Below are positions 23,645 through 35,669 of a DNA stretch of 64,000 nt, piece by piece. A program made the translations under genes and the position numbers. The notes under the pieces are model-generated. The model saw only the letters and a list, made by a program, of their open reading frames with translations. It was not told the DNA's origin and ran no database searches. Source of the DNA: Calcarisporiella thermophila CBS 279.70 (Eukaryota; Fungi; Calcarisporiellomycota); assembly GCF_041956535.1 (NCBI RefSeq), contig NW_027192192.1, positions 87,793 to 151,792 of the forward strand, in the 5' to 3' direction. Each line of letters begins with the position of its first letter. Positions within the stretch are counted from its first letter, which is position 1.

Positions 23645-24343
23645 CTACGGATACCACAATCTTACGCCGTTAATCACCATGGCCTCATACGTTTCCAATT
23701 GTAACTCGGGCTGCTCCACTTTGGCCGGACAGGGAGGCATCATTTTCATGCTTTGCGGCGACGTCGATAGGTATTGGCGGGGCAGATCGTCTCCGTCTGT
23801 CGGCGGAGATGGAAGACTGCTTTCCATCATGGGGTATTCTAAGTCTACGCGAGTCCACGCATCTTCAAAGTCTAGAAGCTCCGGGCTGGGGAACGACACA
23901 TATACATCACTCAGCGACGAATCGACGGGTAACGGCGTTGGGTCGCTTGTCATTGAGTAAAAAGACTCACAGTCGTCAGCATCATAAAATCCACTGGCTG
24001 TGTCTGAGGGGTATCGCAGTGAATTCGATAATAGCGGAGGGGGAGGTTGCCGCCTCCGGGGTCCTGCGTATGAAAAGGTGGGCTGGTGGTAGAGGGGAGT
24101 GAAGGATACAATAGGCTCAGGGGTGGCGCTGCGGTTCGGAGTGCTTGGTAATGACGATGCAGTGAGGGGAGGATAGGAGGAAGTGCTGGTGTCACGTCTA
24201 CGACGGTTCTGTAATAGGCCGCGTGGGATGAGGTCTGTTACGGGAGGGAGGCTTTCGCTGAGTGCTTTTAGGGTGGGTAAGTACCCTGCCGGCGTTGTCA
24301 TGCTTCGTCTTTGCGGCTGTTTCTGTCCCGACTGGTCTGACAT
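23645..24343 (-). CDS. Hypothetical Ser/Pro-rich, probably disordered protein
   Basis: Uninterrupted ORF from ATG 24343 (MSDQSGQK...) ending YEAMVINGVRLWYP*, with a pyrimidine-rich leader upstream. No recognisable domain. Confidence 0.6.
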   Translation of the reverse strand: MSDQSGQKQPQRRSMTTPAGYLPTLKALSESLPPVTDLIPRGLLQNRRRRDTSTSSYPPLTASSLPSTPNRSATPEPIVSFTPLYHQPTFSYAGPRRRQPPPPLLSNSLRYPSDTASGFYDADDCESFYSMTSDPTPLPVDSSLSDVYVSFPSPELLDFEDAWTRVDLEYPMMESSLPSPPTDGDDLPRQYLSTSPQSMKMMPPCPAKVEQPELQLETYEAMVINGVRLWYP

Positions 24344-25033
24344 TACGAGGAACGAAGAGTCACGCAATTCAACAAGAATTCAGAGGGAGAATTTTATAGA
24401 ACAGGATATATGGCTGTTATATGGTGAGGTATATACACACGGTAGAGAAGAGGGAGGGAGAACTACGAAGAGGTGTGGTAAAAACTGTAAATGAGTTTCA
24501 GAGCTGAAGACAGGAACAAGAGAGGGAGGAACAAAAAGGCAAAGTCGAAGTCACATCTCCTTGCCGCGCTCCCCAAAAAATACTGCAATGGGATGGGAGG
24601 AGACGGGAAAACGTGACTCGCCTGAGAAACTCTAGCTAGCATATTGCAGCTAGGCTGTGCAATTTATTGGCTAACGGCCGTGGAGAGATTGGGAATTTTC
24701 AGAGAATTGATTTTTCGCAGTCGGTATTGTTATTTTTTTGTTTACTGTGCCGTTTGCTCTCTGGGTGCAGACAAATATCAAAAAGGCCTGGCAATTCAAA
24801 CCAAAAGGCACAAGCAATATGGCTGATTGTTTTTGTTTTGTCTCAATAGAGGAAGTAAGTCCTTCCTATTCTGAAAATTGTACCCACCCCCTCTCTCCCC
24901 TCCCCAAAAAATCTCGCCCTCCGTCGCGCAAGGAATTTGTAATCTTCACTGAAGACCGGAATAACATTTTTTTTAGATGTATTTATTGTGCATTTATAAT
25001 AGAGAAATAATCAAAACAAAAAAACACGGGAAA

Positions 25034-26229
25034 TTAGTTCATTTGGCGGATGAGGGCATTGATCCGATCCTCACGGTTGCCAAAATCACCACCCTCCACA
25101 AAGTGACGGAATTTGCGGTCGCGCCAGCCACCGGTTGGGTTGCTTAGCTTGAAGGGCCAGAGGAAGTTGCTGGCCTCCTTGAAGTGAGGGCCGACGGTGA
25201 AAATCTCGTGAATCAAGTCCTCCACGCAGATGATGCCGTGAGCACCGAGCTTCTCCTCAATAATGGCGTTGTCGATGATAGGGATGCGCTGGCGGTCAAC
25301 CTTGGCGAAACCGCGCTTATAGATGAGCTCGCGGACGGTCTTGAGGTTGGGGTATCCCCAGGCAATGTAGGGCTAGATATGTGGGAAAAGCGATAAGTGT
25401 TTTGGGAAAGAAATTTTAAAATAAAAAAATTTAAAATATTTACCTCAACACGCTGGAGCATATTGATGGTAGCCTTGTTAAGCTTCACAAACACACCGTT
25501 GTTGATCTGAAGGAGACGGAGGAGCTGTAAGATCTTGCGGGGCTTGGGGGAAATCTTGTTGATACTAAAAAAGAGAATGCATGAGTATGAGACATTAATG
25601 CATTAGTAGATGGTATATATACCCCTTGATGCGCACAACAAAGGCAAGCTTAGCCTCGGGGGGAACGTAGAAGTTACCCTGGGCCTTGGCCTGGCGGCGA
25701 AGACGGATCTCTGAAAGCTCAGCAGACCGATATTCACGGGCATATTTCTGAGCACGATTGAAAATGACACGGCGCTTCTGGACGGCAGCCTATATCCGAG
25801 CAGGGATGTTATTATTTGCTCTTGGCAAAAAAATATTCAATCAACTACAGAGTGAATGGGTAGAGAATGAAGAGCTTCAGCCCCGAAAGATGGTATTTTT
25901 GCAACAGCATCGCCTAAGCTAGTGCGTGGAATCGGTCCGGAGGACCAAGTTTCATCATATTGCCCAATTCTTCTCCCATTCAGCCTCTGCGTCGACCTTT
26001 TGATTCGCTTACCTTCTTCTTCTCGGCAAGAGAAACGACCTGCGCAGCCTTCTGCTTGTCTTGGGCGGTGCGCTTCTTAAGCAGAGTCTCAGGGACCAGA
26101 ACCTGGTCAGCAGTAGCGACAGTTCTACATAGAAAAACATGGACATCAGCATCCCTTCTCGGCACAGAATTCACTGGGAATTCATGCGGCGAATGGCGGC
26201 TGTGCTGGCCCTACTTACGTTCCAGCCAT
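25034..26229 (-). CDS. RPL7: 60S ribosomal protein uL30/L7 (multi-exon)
   Basis: [11 protein letters not shown]..., [10 protein letters not shown]|[71 protein letters not shown]...[18 protein letters not shown]. Confidence 0.97.
25872..25963 (-). ncRNA. snR39: Intronic box C/D snoRNA, snR39/snR59-like (guides LSU rRNA 2'-O-methylation at the yeast Am807 equivalent)
   Basis: Minus strand: box C ATGATGA (25958-25952), then guide ACCATCTTTCGGG followed by gCTGA (box D 25880-25877). The guide is complementary to LSU rRNA CCCGAAAGAUGGU. Yeast snR39/59 are also hosted in RPL7 introns. Confidence 0.88.
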
Positions 26230-26497
26230 TTGCAGGTTTAACTTAGAAGGGGAAAAGGAAGGAACTTTTGTTTATGACTTCGGCTATCCTATAAAATGAT
26301 TATTGTCAACAAAAATTTTTTGGTGACGTCAGGATTTAAGAACTTCTGACATGACCAATATCCAAGACTTGAAATCTGTAGTTCAGTAATGTTTTCTGGC
26401 TCTATTTTTTAATTTTTTTTAATTTTTTTTAATATTTTAATTTTTATTATAAGTTTTTCAGGTAAAGCTCAGATATAAGTTAGAGTACTATCTTAGT

Positions 26498-26757
26498 AAT
26501 GAAGTAGATGAAGAGTTAAGCAAATTAGTAAACGTAGATGCCATAGATCAATGCTGTCTATGGATATTAAGGCAGTATTGATTGATTGCAGCGTTAAATC
26601 CTGCGTTGCATTTACGAGAGTATGCTAATTTAGAACACCGCTCGCCCTGCAATGAACCTTGGCTAGCAAGTTATTCATTATTTTCCACTTATTCATCGAT
26701 TTCGTTTGCAATATCAAAACCCAGAATGATCAGAAGTGCTAAGGTCATAAAGCAATA
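26498..26757 (+). mobile_element. Degenerate CACTA/EnSpm (Tnp2-like) transposase fragment; left arm of an inverted repeat
   Basis: Frameshifted translation IKAVLIDCSVKSCVAFT / YANLEHRSPCNEP / YFPLIHRFRLQYQNPE*SEVLR resembles the DCC-x-x-SC-x-AFTG-x-Y-x-x-L-x-x-CP-x-C-x-EP...Y-x-PLI-x-RL block of fungal CACTA transposases. Confidence 0.7.
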
Positions 26758-26780
26758 ACATATGCAAATAAACTATCATA

Positions 26781-26896
26781 TTATTCTAGCCTCGCACAAC
26801 CCAGCATCTGGGCTTCAGGTGAACTACAAGCCTGCATGAGTGCACTAGCAGATGCAGTCCGGCCGGGATAAACGACAATCTTGCGTCCCAATCTTA
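26781..26896 (-). pseudogene. 3'-end relic (copy C) of the orphan gene family at 27.3-30.0 kb
   Basis: Translates RLGRKIVVYPGRTASASALMQACSSPEAQMLGCARLE* and aligns at DNA level with 29078-29193. Confidence 0.85.
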
Positions 26897-26994
26897 CTTC
26901 ATTACTTCTCCATGTTACTGATTCCATTCTGGACTATGGACCACCCCGGGCATATTGACAACTTCAATTGCAGAAATATTGTGACTTCCTTTAG

Positions 26995-27255
26995 CTATTT
27001 CTTTATGAACTTATCGCTTTTGAACGTTCTGAGTTCTGATATTGCAAGCGGAACCGATGAATTAGTGCAGAATAAGGGTAAACCTTCGACAATTGTCTTG
27101 ACTGAGTTACTGACTTGCTAGCCCAGGTTCAATGCAATGCGGACGGTGTTCTAGATTAGCATCCTCTCGTAAAGGCAACACAGGATTTAACACAGCAATC
27201 AATCAATACTGTCTTAATACCCATAGGCCTATGCTTAACTCATCATATGCTTCAT
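26995..27255 (-). mobile_element. Second degenerate CACTA transposase fragment, inverted relative to 26498-26757 (right arm)
   Basis: The reverse complement aligns to the left arm in blocks (27113-27228 with 26556-26671; 27001-27075 with 26678-26752) and translates MGIKTVLIDCCVKSCVAFT / ANLEHRPHCIEP / YSALIHRFRLQYQNSE. Confidence 0.72.
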
Positions 27256-27261
27256 CTTAGG

Positions 27262-28146
27262 TTAAATGAGTGCACTAGCAACTGAAGTCCGGCAGGGATC
27301 AACGACGATCTCACACCCCAATCTTAGGGCCTGCTCCACCGCACACCGAGCACACTCAGCCAGTCCTTGACAATACACCTTGAACCCAAAGGCAGAGAGC
27401 ATGTCGGAAATCAACGGCCCGTCCACCTCATCATTCGCCAGCCAAACGTATGACCCCAGCAGCGCGCTTAAATTTCGCTCTTTGATAGAGTCAGACAGCA
27501 CCTCTAGATCAACCAGTCTCCACCCACCAGTGCAGGGTGTCTCCGACTGAGCGTGACCGCATGGTCGGGAACGTCCTTGGAGTACGCCTCGTGATGCTCC
27601 CCATACCTGCACCGGTAATCCAGCACCCGTGATCTGCCACCCTTGGCGCTCTAATTGTGGCTCCCCACATGCCCATGCAGGGGCCTTAACCGCTTGGCCG
27701 CTTAACACAGTCATCCTATGGCTACGCCGGCGATAGTCATTCATGTTTTCGCGGGTGTCCGGATCACTGCACTCACTGCCGCGACACTCACTGTGAAACC
27801 GCCGCATAGTTATGAAATTTTTAACTGCCGATTCAGGTCCCATGCCCTGGTTGACCCACGTATCCAGCCAGGCTTCATCACCGACCACAACAAGGCACAT
27901 GAAGTCACAGTCAATCGCGGACGGCGAGGTGGGAGGCTCCAGCAGTTTCTTGACCTCTGGTGACACTGGCTCGTCCATGTTGGCTTCTTCCTGCGCTCGG
28001 AACCATGCCAATACCTTGCGTGCCTCAGCGTGGGTCATGGGTCCGGGTGAATGACACCCTTTATCTCCGGAGTATGCTTCGAGCTCAGGGATCGGCGTCG
28101 CATAATCACGTTTGAGTATATCAGCTATAGTCTTCAAAGTCGACAT
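27262..28146 (-). CDS. Intronless orphan protein, copy A (~294 aa from the first ATG), with CGH...CARC candidate metal ligands
   Basis: Open ORF. The first in-frame ATG (MSTLKT, 28146) is positionally conserved in copy B (MSSIKI, 30012). Confidence 0.65.
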   Translation of the reverse strand: MSTLKTIADILKRDYATPIPELEAYSGDKGCHSPGPMTHAEARKVLAWFRAQEEANMDEPVSPEVKKLLEPPTSPSAIDCDFMCLVVVGDEAWLDTWVNQGMGPESAVKNFITMRRFHSECRGSECSDPDTRENMNDYRRRSHRMTVLSGQAVKAPAWACGEPQLERQGWQITGAGLPVQVWGASRGVLQGRSRPCGHAQSETPCTGGWRLVDLEVLSDSIKERNLSALLGSYVWLANDEVDGPLISDMLSAFGFKVYCQGLAECARCAVEQALRLGCEIVVDPCRTSVASALI

Positions 28147-29077
28147 ATAGGCAGCCAAAGATACGGAATCACTACTGTACTGGCCTGAAGGGTTTAGAAT
28201 GGTTAGTGCTTGGCAGGAACTGATAATAGTTAATAGACGAGGCACGCACTTTTGCAATGAATCAGAGTATTATCAACCACGCAGTTGTTTGTAGGGTAGT
28301 TGTATGCGTTGCTGACTGTACGGTTGCTAGTTGGCAGTGTAGTTATTGAGAAGAGAAGCTGCAAGTTCACTGCAACCAAGAGTAGGCGCCATACGATTCA
28401 TCACATATTCAGGTCGGATATTCAAAACCAGTTAGACCTAGAAATTTAGATATCGAGGAATCAGCCAAAATTTCAGAACCTCAAACTGTTATTTGGGAAA
28501 ACTACAGTACATTATGAACAGTTGTTAAATCGCGAAAATCGAAATAATTCACATACAAAAATTCGCCTCACGGTTTATATTGCAAATGTATTATATAGGA
28601 TAAATAGGTTGAATGGAGTGTAACTCCTGATTCAAATATAAGAGGATATATATTTAAATGAATCATCTTTTCTTCATATAATCCACCATTAATTGAGAAA
28701 GTATAAAAAAGATGAGCATCTTATCTATTATCTCTATTTTTTATATCTTTGTAAATCAAGTACTAGCAGGCATTTCTGATGATCCTACCCATAAGTTATC
28801 TAAAACAACGGTTTTCAATGGTGTATAAAATCCACTTGTAGAACTTTTAATTTTTACGGAATTATTGAATTTTTTACGAATCTTATTACGATTTTATTTT
28901 TTGTGTAATAAACACTAGTATCATTCGAACTCTACCTGTGTTTATTGCAATGGCCTTGCGTAGAAAACAATCCAGGAACCTTTACCTTCTTCGGTTATGC
29001 CGGTACACGATGACCGCGTTCATTCTTCAGGAAGCAACTCGACAACAACCACGCCCCCCTGCAAGTAAACAATCATA

Positions 29078-30012
29078 TTATTTTAGCCTCGCACAGCCCG
29101 GCATTCAAACCTCAGGTGAACTACATGTTTGCATGAGCGCACTAGCAACTGCAGTCCGGCAGGGATCAACGACAATCTCACATCCCAAGATTAGGACCTG
29201 CTCCACCGCACACCGAGCACACTCAGCCGGTCCTTGACAATATACCTTGAACCCAAAGGCGGAGAGCATGTCGGAAATTATGGGCCCATCTACCTCATTA
29301 TTCGCCAGCCAAACGTATGACCCCAGCAGAGACGTTATATTCCGTTCTCTGATAGAGTCAAACAGCACTTTTAGATTAACCAGTCTCCACCCACCAGTGC
29401 AGGGTGCCTCCGACTGAGCGTGACCGCATGGTCCGGAACGTCCTTGGAATACACCTCGTGATGCTCCCCATACCTGCACCGGCAATCCAGAACCCATGAT
29501 CTGCCACCCTTGGCGCTTTAACTGTGATATCCCACGCGCCCATGTAGGTGCCTTAACTGCCTTGCCGCTTAGCACAGTCATTCTATAGCTACGCTGGCAA
29601 TAGTCTTTCATGTTTTCAAGGATGTCCGGGTCGTGCACTCACTGCCGTGACACTCAGTGTGAAGTCTCCGCATATCACTGAAACACTTGACTGCCGATTC
29701 AGGTCCCATACCCTTGTTAGTCCACGTATCCCGCCAGGCATCATCACCAACCACAACAAAGCACATGGAGTCAAAGTCAATCTCGAACGGCGAGCTATGA
29801 GGATCCAGCAGTTTCTTGACCACCTGAGACACTGGCTCGTCCAGGTTCGCTTCACGCTGCGCTCGGAACCATGCCAATACTTTGCGTGCCTCTGCGTCGG
29901 TCATGGGCCCGGGTGAATAGCACCCTTCATCTTCGGAGAATGCTTCAAGCTCTTGGCTCGGCCTCCCATGAAGACGTTTGTATATGTCCGCCAAAATCTT
30001 TATAGATGACAT
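29078..30012 (-). pseudogene. Orphan gene copy B, with a 1-bp deletion frameshift (~29633) and a premature TGA (29105-29107)
   Basis: Two overlapping ORFs (29608-30123, 29105-29638) align to the two halves of copy A. Junction on the + strand: A ccggatcactgcactc vs B ccgggtcg-tgcactc. Confidence 0.8.
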
Positions 30013-31553
30013 ATAAGCAGGCAAAGATACGGAATCACTACTGCAATGGCCTGGAGAGTTTAGCAAGGTTAATGCTCGGCGGTAACTGACAATTGTTAAT
30101 AAACGAGGTACGCACTCTCGCAATGAATCAAAGTATTTTCAACCAGGCAGTTGTTTGTAGGGTAGCTATATGCGTTGCTGACTATTCGGCTACTACTTGG
30201 TAGCGTTTCTTTTCTTTGAGAAGAGAAGCTGTAAGAAGTTCACTGCAACTGAGAGTAGACGCTACATTACATGTTCAGGTTGGAAATTCCAATTCTGATC
30301 AGACATACAGAATTTAGAAATCGGGGATTCAAATTCCCAGGAGAATCTGCAACTGTTGATATGGAGAGTTTCCAACAAGAATCAGGTAGAATCAAATAAG
30401 AATTATGAATTTTGATTGGCCAAACTATTCATAGCTAAATCCTTAGTGCTATTTGAGAGCCAAAAACTCTATTATCCATGCTTGAGCTTTCATTTTTAGT
30501 GTAGTAGATTCACATTCGCATGTAGTTGTTTTCTATTTACTTGATTTAATATATTAATATATACCCCAAAACTTTCCTTGATATTTACCATAATACTCAC
30601 CTTCGAATCTACTTTAAAGCCCTAAAATCTAACTAGACTTGCTAGTGGCTTTTAATCCACTCCTTGAACCCCCAAAGCTTTAATAAATTGACTAGAGGTT
30701 CGAGAACAACTGATAATAGCCTCAAAGAGAAAAAGGATTTTCTCGCTAACATAATGAACCTCTTTCCTTTGAGGTAATCAACCGTTGCTCTTGTACCTCT
30801 ATCTTATGCTAGGAATTTCTCCCATATTTACAACTTCCCGTAAAAAAACATATCCATGTACATAACCCTTCAAAGAAATGGTAGTCAGGGAATTCGCAGG
30901 AGACTGCCAAGAGAGTGGGATGGAATTTCAGGCTTAAACCAACTCCCTAAGAGTATAAGAATGAAAATACAATACTTTGGCCCCATTGCTTCTTTCGAAC
31001 TCCTCCTGTCCCCTCTTTTTTCTTCTTTTACCTCTTTCCCTTTTCCTCTTTTCCTCTCCATGCGTTCCAGGGACGGTTGTGTCACCCCCTTATTATTCTT
31101 TATGGGCATTTTCTGGTGAATTTCAATTTTCTCTTCAATCTTACTCAGAACCGCTATGTGCAAGTATTGTATTATTTTCATAGGAAAAAGATAAGATCGA
31201 AATTTCTCGATCAATAGGTTCCTCATTTTCCTCCGGTCTGCTGGTCCTTTCATAGTGGAAAACTTGATTAATAGATTTTTCGCTTGAACCCCGCGGTCGT
31301 TTGTTTCTTGAGAGGGTTTCTAAAAAAAAACGAAAGCAACCAGTTGAGAAAATAGCTTTCTGGAATTATTGCTATGAACAATAAATTTTTAAAGATATTG
31401 ACATTACAGATACAACTGATACTTCAATTTAAATTCAGCATATCTCTCAGATTTGAATCTCTCAAGTATCTGAGCTTAAATTTAACGAGTCGAGAGGAGA
31501 GGATGAATAGAGGGTTTATTGCCATTATATAGAAACGGGAAAATCTACAATAA

Positions 31554-34500
31554 TCAGTTCTTTTTCTTCTTATTTGAGTTTTTACTTGCTTTTCCGGAAG
31601 CCGCCACCTCCTCTGATGCTCTTCTCTTTTTGTCTGCTTTCACGTCTCCTTTGACTTCATTCTGGATTCCGTTGCTCACTACAGGCGTAGTCTCTTTCCT
31701 CTTATCGACACTTAGCCCGGGCACAAAAGGCTCCACCAGCTCCATCTTTAACTTTTGTCGCATACCCCCAGCACCACCTCCCTGCAAATCTTCATCCACG
31801 GATATGCACACCTCGACACGCGCAAACAATCGGATGGAGGTCTCTCCGTGTGGCGCATCCAGACTTCCAGTTTGCGGGTTATAGACCAAGGGCGAGTCGG
31901 ACGCTTTCTCAGCAACCGCAGCAGAGGCAGGAGCACTCGTATAGACAATCCCCTCAATGCCGTATTTAGGTACCAGAGTGATGAACCCGTTCTTAAGGAC
32001 CCGTACAACGTATCCCTCTTCAACCTGAGACTTGCCCTTGAAGAACAGGTTGGTGTAGAGTTCGACCGAGCTGCGTGCGGCAAGTTGAGCCATGCGATTT
32101 CGATGATTGAGTACTAAAGAAATTCAACTGATGATGAATTTTATTCGGGAATGGTACTTAAGCAATGAGCTCACCATCACACAGCTCCTGCATTTTGACC
32201 TTGTTGGTGATTTCTTCACCATATTGGAGATCAGCATCGATACAAGCCGAGAGTTGTCGATGTACGATGACATCTAGAATTAAGATACAAACGTTTGTCA
32301 ATCGATTCCAATTGCTAAATACTAAAAAAGGACTCACCTGAGTAACGACGAATAGGTGAAGTGAAGTGTGTATAGATCTCTGTAGCCAAACCATAATGCC
32401 AGTAGTCTACCTCGGGCACCGTACCAGAGCTGAAGTATAACGCTTGCATCATGCACCGTGTTGTCATGATCCGCAACAATTTGTTAAAATACGGATCGTT
32501 TTCCAAAACAGCCTTATCCAGCGAGTCGGCAAGTGCTTTGCTGGTCTCTACATTCAAGGCAACTCCGAACGGCTCAAGTGCTTTTTGCAAGGGCTCGAAG
32601 TTTGTGTCCGGAGGTTTTGGATGACGGCGAAGCATGGAAGAATCCGGGAACTTGGCGTGGATACGTCGAGCAACAGAAATGTTGGCGAGCAACATGAATT
32701 CTTCTACCAAAGCATTCGTCTCCTTCAGCTCCTTCATCTCAACATCAACGGGGTCTTGAGAGTCATTCTCAAGCTGGAAGCGGACTTCAGGGCTTGCCAG
32801 CGTAAGAGCACCACGTTCCATACGACGTGCACGAAGCTTTTTGGCCAAACTATTAAGGTGGCGTAAGCCCTTTGTAATATCATCTTGGAGTCGTCTTAAA
32901 TCGCAAAGATAAAATTTTTGAAGGATTAGAGCTCTGGGAATAAATAGAAAGCACTCTGACGCATAAATAGAGACTTACAAGTCATCAATCCGATTTTGTG
33001 CCTCGTCGTACGTGAAGGAGAATCTGGATCTGATAACACTTTTTGTGAATTTGACATCTACAATTTCTGCTTCCGGGTTCAGCTCCCAGATACAAGAGAA
33101 AGCCAGGCGATCGACGTCGGAACGCAGTGAGCACAAGTCTAGACAATAAATTGGAATAACACCATTATATATAACGAGCTACCTATATTCCACGTGTATT
33201 TAACTCACTCGTTCCCAGTAGTCCAGGAAGCATGTCAATTCTCTTATCGACTAGGTATACTGTGGTTCCTCTGTTGGCGGCCTCGGTATCCATCGCGGTT
33301 CCAGGTTTAACGAAATAAGTGACATCGGCAATATCTAAATCAGGAAGAGAAATGAATCGAGGTACAAGAATCGGATTGCACTTTTTTGTATACTCACGAA
33401 CTCCAACTTCATAGTTTCCGTTCTCGAGCGATCTTACATGCAACGCGTCGTCGATATCAGTACAGCCTATAAAGGACATCCAATAAATTTATTAATGCGG
33501 GCGACACATCAACCTATGTGCTTCTACTCACCGGGGGGATCGATACTGCACACATCTAAGCCTCTGAGATCAATTCGATTTTTCAAGTGTTCATCCTGCA
33601 CCACCCAAGTATCTCCCTCGATGGGGAGATCGGCCAAAACCGTCTTTGAAAATTCGTGGTGAGGTACCTCATGCTCAAGCAATAATACCTCCGTCTCCGT
33701 TTGTTTGTCACCAGCCGAGCCCAAGGCTTTTACAAAGTGTCCAATGGGGTGTCTTAGAAATATGGAAACAATTAAAGCACCGACAAGTAAAAATACTAGA
33801 GAGAATAAGCTTACAAGGACTGCTTCGGCCACGAATCTACAGCAACCACTATTCGCTGTCCAACAAGCGTGTGTGCCTGGCGAGTGCGTATTTTAATCTT
33901 TGGGATGCGGCGGTCGATGGAACGGAAGAATACGTTGTGTGCAAGCGTGGAGCCTTCTGACGTAGCAATGGATTGCTTGTCTATGAAACCACAAAATGGC
34001 CGCCAGCCACGCTTAACAATCCCAACCACCTTGCCAGTCGGTTGGGGAGGATCGGTGGATTCAGCTTCTTCTGCTTTTGCTTCAGCCTCAATTTTTTCAC
34101 TCTCATCTCCGTCTAAAACCTTTTCTTCGTCTAAACTTCAATTAGTGTTGGCCTTGCATTGAAAGCTATTCAGGATCTCCTACCCTCTTCGGTCATGACG
34201 GTCGACGGTGACCGCTTCCATTCTTCTTTAGGTAACAATTCGACAGCAACCACGTCCCCCTGCATAGCGCGATTCAAGTTCTTCCGTCCTAGAATGGTGA
34301 TCGTCCGTTCCTGACCGTCGACCATACCATAGATAGAGCCTTCCAAGAAATTGTGAAGACTGATGCTCAGGGTTCCTTGCTGAAGTCTGCCTGCTTTGAT
34401 GCCCGATTGGATTTGTAAAGGGGTCAAATGCTATATTTACAAACATCGGGTCACTCAATATTGCGTGCTCAATAGTATGTTTAACAAACAAACCTCATCG

Positions 34501-35449
34501 TAAGAAAAATTCTTCTCGTTCGAGGACACCGAGTTTTCTCCTTCCGCAACCATATCCGCCAGTTCAGGAAAATCAGTGAGCATACCAACATAGTCACGTA
34601 CTATAAAAAGGAAAAGAGATCAATCCAACTGAAAAAATTTATCAACCATCCTTGCGCACATTACCTGAACAAGCAAGCACACGATCCTCTCTGGCTTTGC
34701 TACAATTGGCAACGTCATCACTAAGCATCACGGCAGCAACCGGTCGACCTCCCTTAGCTAGTTTCGCGAGATGTTCGGAGTACCATTTTGTGGCCGTGCG
34801 GATGGCTATAATGATATATGTTAACACAATATTGAAAAATGGTATATAAATTTTATGCGTACCTCTGTCATTTCGGTCATTAGGCGACTCATTCGGCAAT
34901 TTTTCAATATATGTTTCCCTAATACGATCGGAAAATAAAGTACATTATTAAACTTGCCCTTTTACATGCACGTGGTTCGATAAAGCTAGATATATACCTA
35001 TGATGTTCATTTGAGAATACGAAGAACCTTCGCTCAGGATCCGAAATAATGGCTCTCAAGCGATTATATATCGCAATCTTAAGATGTCGCACTTCCTCTA
35101 GTACTGTCTGTAGAACAATAACATCACACACCGCCTTGTGCTCCATGATGTCAATCTACAGCCAAAAATGCATGATAAATTTTAAAGAATAACGCAGAGG
35201 GCCATATATAAATACCTGGTTCATGAATACATTAGTGTCTGGTACGATGTAGTGTGATCCAAATTTCGAGACCGATCGCGGCTCTTTATCAAGTAGAACA
35301 TGGGTAGCCGAAGATCCATCCGCGATAGTGGGGCACAGAGTACACCCATCAACACCACACGCGATATCATCTCGCAGATAGTGCTCTTTCACCACCTTCA
35401 CCACATTACCCTTTCTGGTACGTTTAACGAATGCCTTCGACCGCAGCAT
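31554..35449 (-). CDS. DIS3: Exosome catalytic subunit Dis3/Rrp44 (PIN + RNB + S1)
   Basis: [55 protein letters not shown]|[35 protein letters not shown]. Confidence 0.97.
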
Positions 35450-35669
35450 AACGTGAAGGCGGGTTAAATAGTGTGGTAGAGCAATATATTACAAAGTGCC
35501 AAAATGAAAAAATGTGACTTGAAATTTTCCTAGTCACTAATAAATAAATGATGACGGCAATTGGGAGTGACTGTTTCGAGGCTTAGAATTCCCCAGCCTG
35601 AGAATAGGATTATCAGTCGGCCGACTATTACGCGATAGCAAGCGAAGCATTGACACATATACTCCCACC

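Noticed and set aside
26498-27255. Interpretation as a MITE with terminal inverted repeats
   Set aside because: The arms are internal transposase-coding relics; I saw no CACTA termini or target-site duplication.
28147-28257. TTG-initiated N-terminal extension of orphan copy A (and its equivalent in copy B)
   Set aside because: Non-ATG start with an in-frame stop just upstream; the first ATG is conserved in both copies.
30856-31253. Short ORFs in the AT-rich spacer before DIS3
   Set aside because: Low complexity with no recognisable motifs.
31426-31482. Imperfect AT-rich hairpin downstream of DIS3
   Set aside because: Short and AT-rich, so compatible with chance; no family assignment.
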